Below are positions 59,163 to 63,134 of a stretch of DNA of 63,134 nt, piece after piece. The notes beneath the pieces are model-generated. The model made no database searches, was not told the DNA's origin, and saw only the letters and a program-made list of their open reading frames with translations. The stretch's first letter is position 1, and each line of letters starts with the position of its first letter. This DNA comes from Fidelibacterota bacterium TCS52. GTDB taxonomy: Bacteria; Fidelibacterota; Fidelibacteria; Fidelibacterales; Fidelibacteraceae. The translations under genes and the position numbers were made by a program. The stretch is from positions 1 to 63,134 of the forward strand of contig LSCC01000029.1 of the NCBI GenBank assembly GCA_001577215.1. The letters are read 5' to 3'.

Positions 59163-59418
59163 AAGTAACTCACCTAATAAATATATTAAAATGCATTTGT
59201 TAAAGAAAGGAAAAAGTGAGGGAGCTTGCTCATTGAGTAGGCAAGGAAAAGTGAAATAGGAATTTTTTAACAATAAAATAATTTAATTAGACACTTATAT
59301 TTCAATATTTTAAGATTTTTGTGGTAAAAAAAGAAAATTCTTGTAATATTAAAAATAATAAATTATATTAAAACAATTGAAATTATTGAATAATTGAAAA
59401 AATGATCGAGGAAATAAA

Positions 59419-59610
59419 ATGGGAAAAGCAAAAACATTCGGAGCAAAAATTGCTCACCGTGAAAAAAAAGAAAATAAATGTCCTGTATGTGGCGAAGCAA
59501 TTAATTATGTAAAACATTATTTCTCAGAAAAGAATAATAAACATAATGTAAAATATAAAAATAAAATGGAAGCAATTTGTAATTGTAATAGAGAAGATTT
59601 ATTTGGTTAA
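59419..59610 (+). CDS. Small basic zinc-ribbon protein (63 aa), unknown function
   Basis: GAGGAAA RBS 5 nt upstream. CPVC at residues 21-24 and CNC at residues 54-56. Its own terminator lies downstream. Confidence 0.5.
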   Translation: MGKAKTFGAKIAHREKKENKCPVCGEAINYVKHYFSEKNNKHNVKYKNKMEAICNCNREDLFG

Positions 59611-59633
59611 TTAATAATTAATATTATACTATT

Positions 59634-59660
59634 AAAACCTCATGGAAATGGGGTTTTTTT
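59634..59660 (+). terminator. Intrinsic terminator after the small zinc-ribbon gene
   Basis: Stem AAAACCTC (59634-59641) / GGGGTTTT (59650-59657) including one G-U pair. The T7 run 59654-59660 partly forms the 3' arm of the stem, leaving only three unpaired Ts (59658-59660). Confidence 0.55.
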
Positions 59661-59710
59661 ATTATATTTATTTTTTGGAAATTAAATAAAAAATATATAA
59701 ATTTATTTCT

Positions 59711-61333
59711 ATGAAAAAAACAATATTTATAATAATATCAACTTTTATTTTCTTTGCTTGTTCAGTAAATGAAGAAATAATTAAAGATCAGGAGAAAAGT
59801 GTTAATATTGAGGATTCAAATAAAGTCGTAAGCAGTTTTGATAATCGTTCTTATCCAACTATGGCTATGCAAATATTTTCAATTGCTGAAATTTATCGAA
59901 TTAATGGAAATTATTCAGGAGCTATTTTAGAATATCAGGAAGCTCTTAAATATGATACCAATTCTGTAACTATTTATAATTCAATTGGTGATGCATTTCT
60001 AAATTTATATAAATATGACAATGCAATAGATTATTATGCAAAATCCTTAAGATTAGATTCAACTCAATATGATCTTAAAAATAAATTAGCTGAAATTTAT
60101 TTAGTATCCGGTAATGTTCAAAATAGTATAGATTTATGGAAAGAATTAATTGAAAACAAACCTAAGTATTATGATGCATATTATAATTTAATTAATGCCT
60201 TTATAGCAAAAAAAGATACTACAAATGCCAAAAAAGTTTTAAAAATATATCAGCAGAGAGGTTCCAATGATATTAGTATTTTAAATAATGTAGTAATAAT
60301 ACTAAAAAAACTTGGTCAATATGATGAAGCAATATTTCTTACGAAAAGATTGATAAAATTAAGTAATGAAAATAAATATTATGATCTGTTAATTGAATTG
60401 TTATACATAAATAGGCAAGAAAATAAAGTTAATAAGGTTACATCTAAATGGATACAAGCAGATCCTACCGAATTGACTCCATATTATTATAAGATCAGTA
60501 ATTATATTGAGTCAGAAAAAATAGATTCAGCAAAAAAATATTTAAAAAAAATAGATTCTAGATGGAAAGAAAAATGGTGGATATCTAATTTCCAAGCGTT
60601 AATAAATATTAAGGAAGAATTAGCAGATAGTGTTAAATTTTATTACGACAGAGTTTTTAGTTTTGATAATATTCCTTCAATACCGTATAATAATTATGCG
60701 CTTTGGTTACTTGAAAATAAAAAGTATAATGATGGGATTGCAATTATTGATTCAGCATTGAAAGTATTTCCGGAAAATAATAATTTGAAATATATTGAAG
60801 CATTGATCTATGGTGAAATGAAGGATAGACAAAAGGCAATTCAAATATTTGAAATGTTACGATCTGAAAATAAAAATGATAAAGATATTTTACATAATTT
60901 AGCGATATTATATGACCAAAATTCTCAGTATGATAAATCTGATAAAATTTATGAAAAAATTATTAAAATTGACACAAATGATGCAATAGCATATAATAAT
61001 TATAGTTATTCCTTAGCTGAAAAAGGTGAAGAATTGCAAAAAGCACTTCAGATGTCTAAAAGATCTCTACAACTTGAGCCCCAAAATGGTACTTATTATG
61101 ACACGTTGGCATGGATATTATTTAAATTAGGAGATTATCAGAAAGCATTAGCTAAAATTGATAGTGCAATAAATTTAACAAAAGAAATGAATTCAGAAAT
61201 ATATTATCATAAAGGTGAGATACTTTTAAAACTTAATCATAAAAATGAATCTAAAAAATATTTTAAACAAGCATTAGAAATTGATCCTTCATTTTCTCTT
61301 GCAAAAGAAAGATTAGAGGAGATAAATAAATGA
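59711..61333 (+). CDS. TPR-repeat lipoprotein
   Basis: Signal peptide plus lipobox FFAC. At least 8 TPR-like 34-aa repeats (AI..Y..AL..D, Y.NLG patterns). 540 aa. Confidence 0.75.
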   Translation: MKKTIFIIISTFIFFACSVNEEIIKDQEKSVNIEDSNKVVSSFDNRSYPTMAMQIFSIAEIYRINGNYSGAILEYQEALKYDTNSVTIYNSIGDAFLNLYKYDNAIDYYAKSLRLDSTQYDLKNKLAEIYLVSGNVQNSIDLWKELIENKPKYYDAYYNLINAFIAKKDTTNAKKVLKIYQQRGSNDISILNNVVIILKKLGQYDEAIFLTKRLIKLSNENKYYDLLIELLYINRQENKVNKVTSKWIQADPTELTPYYYKISNYIESEKIDSAKKYLKKIDSRWKEKWWISNFQALINIKEELADSVKFYYDRVFSFDNIPSIPYNNYALWLLENKKYNDGIAIIDSALKVFPENNNLKYIEALIYGEMKDRQKAIQIFEMLRSENKNDKDILHNLAILYDQNSQYDKSDKIYEKIIKIDTNDAIAYNNYSYSLAEKGEELQKALQMSKRSLQLEPQNGTYYDTLAWILFKLGDYQKALAKIDSAINLTKEMNSEIYYHKGEILLKLNHKNESKKYFKQALEIDPSFSLAKERLEEINK

Positions 61334-62238
61334 TTGATGTGTCGTTGGTTATACCTGTATTCAATGAAGAAAAAACATTAATAGAATTAAAAGATAAAAT
61401 TATTGAGGTTTTTAAAAGAGAGAATTTTAATGGTGAAATAATTTTTATTAATGACGGTTCTTCAGATAATTCTGGGAAAATATTATCTGATCTTGAAAAT
61501 AAGAATAATGAAGTAAAACATATTGATTTTCGATTTAATAAGGGAAAGGCAGCTGCTTTACAATCAGGATTTAATATTGCAAAAGGGGAAGTTGTAATTA
61601 CAATGGATGCAGATCTGCAAGATGATCCTAATGAAATCCCAAATTTGATAAGTAAAATAAATGAAGGGTGGGATGTTGTTTCAGGTTGGAAGAAAAATAG
61701 AAAAGATCCAATCGGGAAAAGGTGGCCTTCTAAATTATTTAATTATACAACAAGATTATTTAGTGGAATAAAAATTCACGATTTTAATTGTGGTTTAAAA
61801 GCATATAGTAATAAAGTAGTAAAATCAATAAAGGTTTATGGAGAATTGCATCGATATATTCCTGTCTTGGCTGCTATGGAAGGATTTAAAATTACAGAAT
61901 TGGTTGTTAAGCATTATCCAAGAGAACATGGTGTAAGTAAATATGGATTCGGGCGTCTGTTTAAAGGATTGTTTGATTTAATAACTGTTTTGTTTTTAGA
62001 AAGATTTACAGTCAGACCAATGCACTTTTTCGGAATGATTGGTTTATTATCTTTCATAGCTGGTTTTGCTATAGAAATTTGGATGTTAGTTTTAAAATTT
62101 GTTTTTCATGAGTCGTTCGGTACACATATTGCAATGTTGATACTTGGTGTATTATTATTACTACTTGGTGTACAGTTAGTTTCTATCGGTTTGATCGGCG
62201 AAATGCTTGTCTATCAATCGAAAAAGAGGAATGAATAG
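61330..62238 (+). CDS. GT2 polyprenyl-phosphate glycosyltransferase (DPM1/ArnC/GtrB-like) with two C-terminal TM helices
   Basis: SLVIPVFNEE, INDGSSD, MDADLQDDP (DxD) and HRYIP blocks. The ATG overlaps the upstream stop (ATGA). Confidence 0.88.
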   Translation: MIDVSLVIPVFNEEKTLIELKDKIIEVFKRENFNGEIIFINDGSSDNSGKILSDLENKNNEVKHIDFRFNKGKAAALQSGFNIAKGEVVITMDADLQDDPNEIPNLISKINEGWDVVSGWKKNRKDPIGKRWPSKLFNYTTRLFSGIKIHDFNCGLKAYSNKVVKSIKVYGELHRYIPVLAAMEGFKITELVVKHYPREHGVSKYGFGRLFKGLFDLITVLFLERFTVRPMHFFGMIGLLSFIAGFAIEIWMLVLKFVFHESFGTHIAMLILGVLLLLLGVQLVSIGLIGEMLVYQSKKRNE

Positions 62239-62331
62239 TAGTTATTTCACGTAAAAAGGTTTAGTCACGAAAAAACACGAAAGTTGTGATTGAAAAGATA
62301 AAAAATATTGTTGCAATAATTAAGGAAAGGA

Positions 62332-63134
62332 ATGAATAGTTATAAATATATATTTTCAGTCATAATTCCAACTTATAATCGTTTTGATGAAATTCAGGAA
62401 TTGTTGGATTCATTAAAGTTACAAACAATAGAAAAAGAGAAATTTGAGATATTAATTATTGATGATGGTTCAACTGATGATACTGAAAAATATATTCAAT
62501 ATTTAGTTAAGGAAAGTGATTTAAATATTCGTTTTTTCAAACAGGATCATAAAGGACCCGGACCGGCTCGAAATTTAGGAATGGATAATGCACTTGGTGA
62601 ATATTTTATTTTTGTTGATAGTGATTGCATTGCAAATAAAAATTGGTTGACTGCTTATGAAAAAGTTGTAACTACAGAAAAAGTGGTTGGATTTGGCGGG
62701 CCAGATAAGGTACTTTCCAATTTTTCACCGTTACAGAAAGCTATTGATTATTCGATGACATCATTTATTACTACAGGTGGAATGAGAGGCCATTCAAAAA
62801 ATAAAATTTCAAAATATTATCCGCGAAGTTTTAATATGGGAGTAAGAGCAGATGTAGTAAAAAAAATTGGCGGAATGAACAAACTTCGTCATGGACAAGA
62901 TATTGAATTTGCTCATAGAATGATTTCAACGGGTGGAAAAGTTGTGAAAGTATTAGATGCGGTGGTTTATCATAAAAGACGATCTTCAATTAAAAAATTC
63001 TTCAAACAGGTTTTTAATTGGGGAGTTGCCAGAATAAATCTGTTTAAAATAGACAAGGGAATGTTAGAATTTATTCATTTTTTACCGTTGATCGGAACAT
63101 TAATTACGATACTTTTAATTGCATTAGCAATTGT
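62332..63134 (+). CDS. GT2-family glycosyltransferase, partial (3' end beyond the window)
   Basis: Not in the ORF track because no stop falls within the window. The ATG at 62332 follows AAGGAAAGGA. FSVIIPTYNRFDEI, IIDDGSTDDT and FVDSDC motifs. It remains open to the end of the window. Confidence 0.8.
   Translation, partial: MNSYKYIFSVIIPTYNRFDEIQELLDSLKLQTIEKEKFEILIIDDGSTDDTEKYIQYLVKESDLNIRFFKQDHKGPGPARNLGMDNALGEYFIFVDSDCIANKNWLTAYEKVVTTEKVVGFGGPDKVLSNFSPLQKAIDYSMTSFITTGGMRGHSKNKISKYYPRSFNMGVRADVVKKIGGMNKLRHGQDIEFAHRMISTGGKVVKVLDAVVYHKRRSSIKKFFKQVFNWGVARINLFKIDKGMLEFIHFLPLIGTLITILLIALAI

Noticed and set aside
62246-62280. Three CACG(A/T)AAA repeats (TCACGTAAAAA, TCACGAAAAAA, ACACGAAAG) in the spacer between the two GT2 genes
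   Set aside because: They could be an operator, but the repeats are short, irregularly spaced (18 and 10 nt) and have no symmetry. The evidence is not sufficient to call a regulatory site.
62226-62340. Identical 13-mer AGGAATGAATAGT at 62226-62238 (end of the first GT2 gene) and 62328-62340 (RBS and start of the second GT2 gene)
   Set aside because: A rough estimate for this AT-rich composition suggests that a 13-nt identity within ~100 nt is expected at about order one per window by chance. There is no extended similarity around the copies.

Overview
This is a 63.1-kb, strongly AT-rich bacterial chromosomal segment (roughly 30% G+C by eye, not computed). It uses the standard genetic code and is densely coding: about 64 CDS and 2 tRNAs. 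I saw no rRNA, CRISPR array, transposase or prophage signature.

Most of the window is housekeeping:
- glgC, dnaK and feoAB
- the rimP-nusA-infB-rbfA-truB-ribF-rpsO-pnp run
- rluD, a XerC/D-type recombinase, hpf-hprK and metK
- ltaE and cdsA
- a DUF721/DciA-like gene followed by gyrB-gyrA
- yggS, ssb, def, yajC, an acyl-CoA ligase, trxB and two GT2 glycosyltransferases

The lineage cannot be assigned from sequence alone. Promoter-like motifs are sigma70-style (TTGGAT-N17/18-TAtTAT).

The parts not explained by textbook annotation are, in order of interest:
1. 32766-34193: an AmgK/APH-fold sugar-kinase domain fused to a clear RapZ-type C-terminal domain. The RapZ P-loop domain is missing. A MurU-like uridylyltransferase follows, and the whole sits inside a 10-kb envelope/peptidoglycan cluster.
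2. 36937-40364: an orphan GlmL/MutL-like double-ASKHA ATPase, a 375-aa barrel-sandwich-hybrid protein and a STAS protein, with no B12 mutase nearby.
3. 1-1862, minus strand: a three-gene membrane module of unknown function.
4. Three apparent pseudo-enzymes: a HemC-like protein lacking the cofactor Cys and catalytic Asp, a 172-aa remnant of a purine-nucleoside-phosphorylase fold, and possibly a transglutaminase-like protein with Cys replaced by Thr.
5. A 5'-terminal terminator-like hairpin between a promoter-like motif and rimP-nusA.

All family assignments come from motif recognition by eye and need HMM or structure confirmation.
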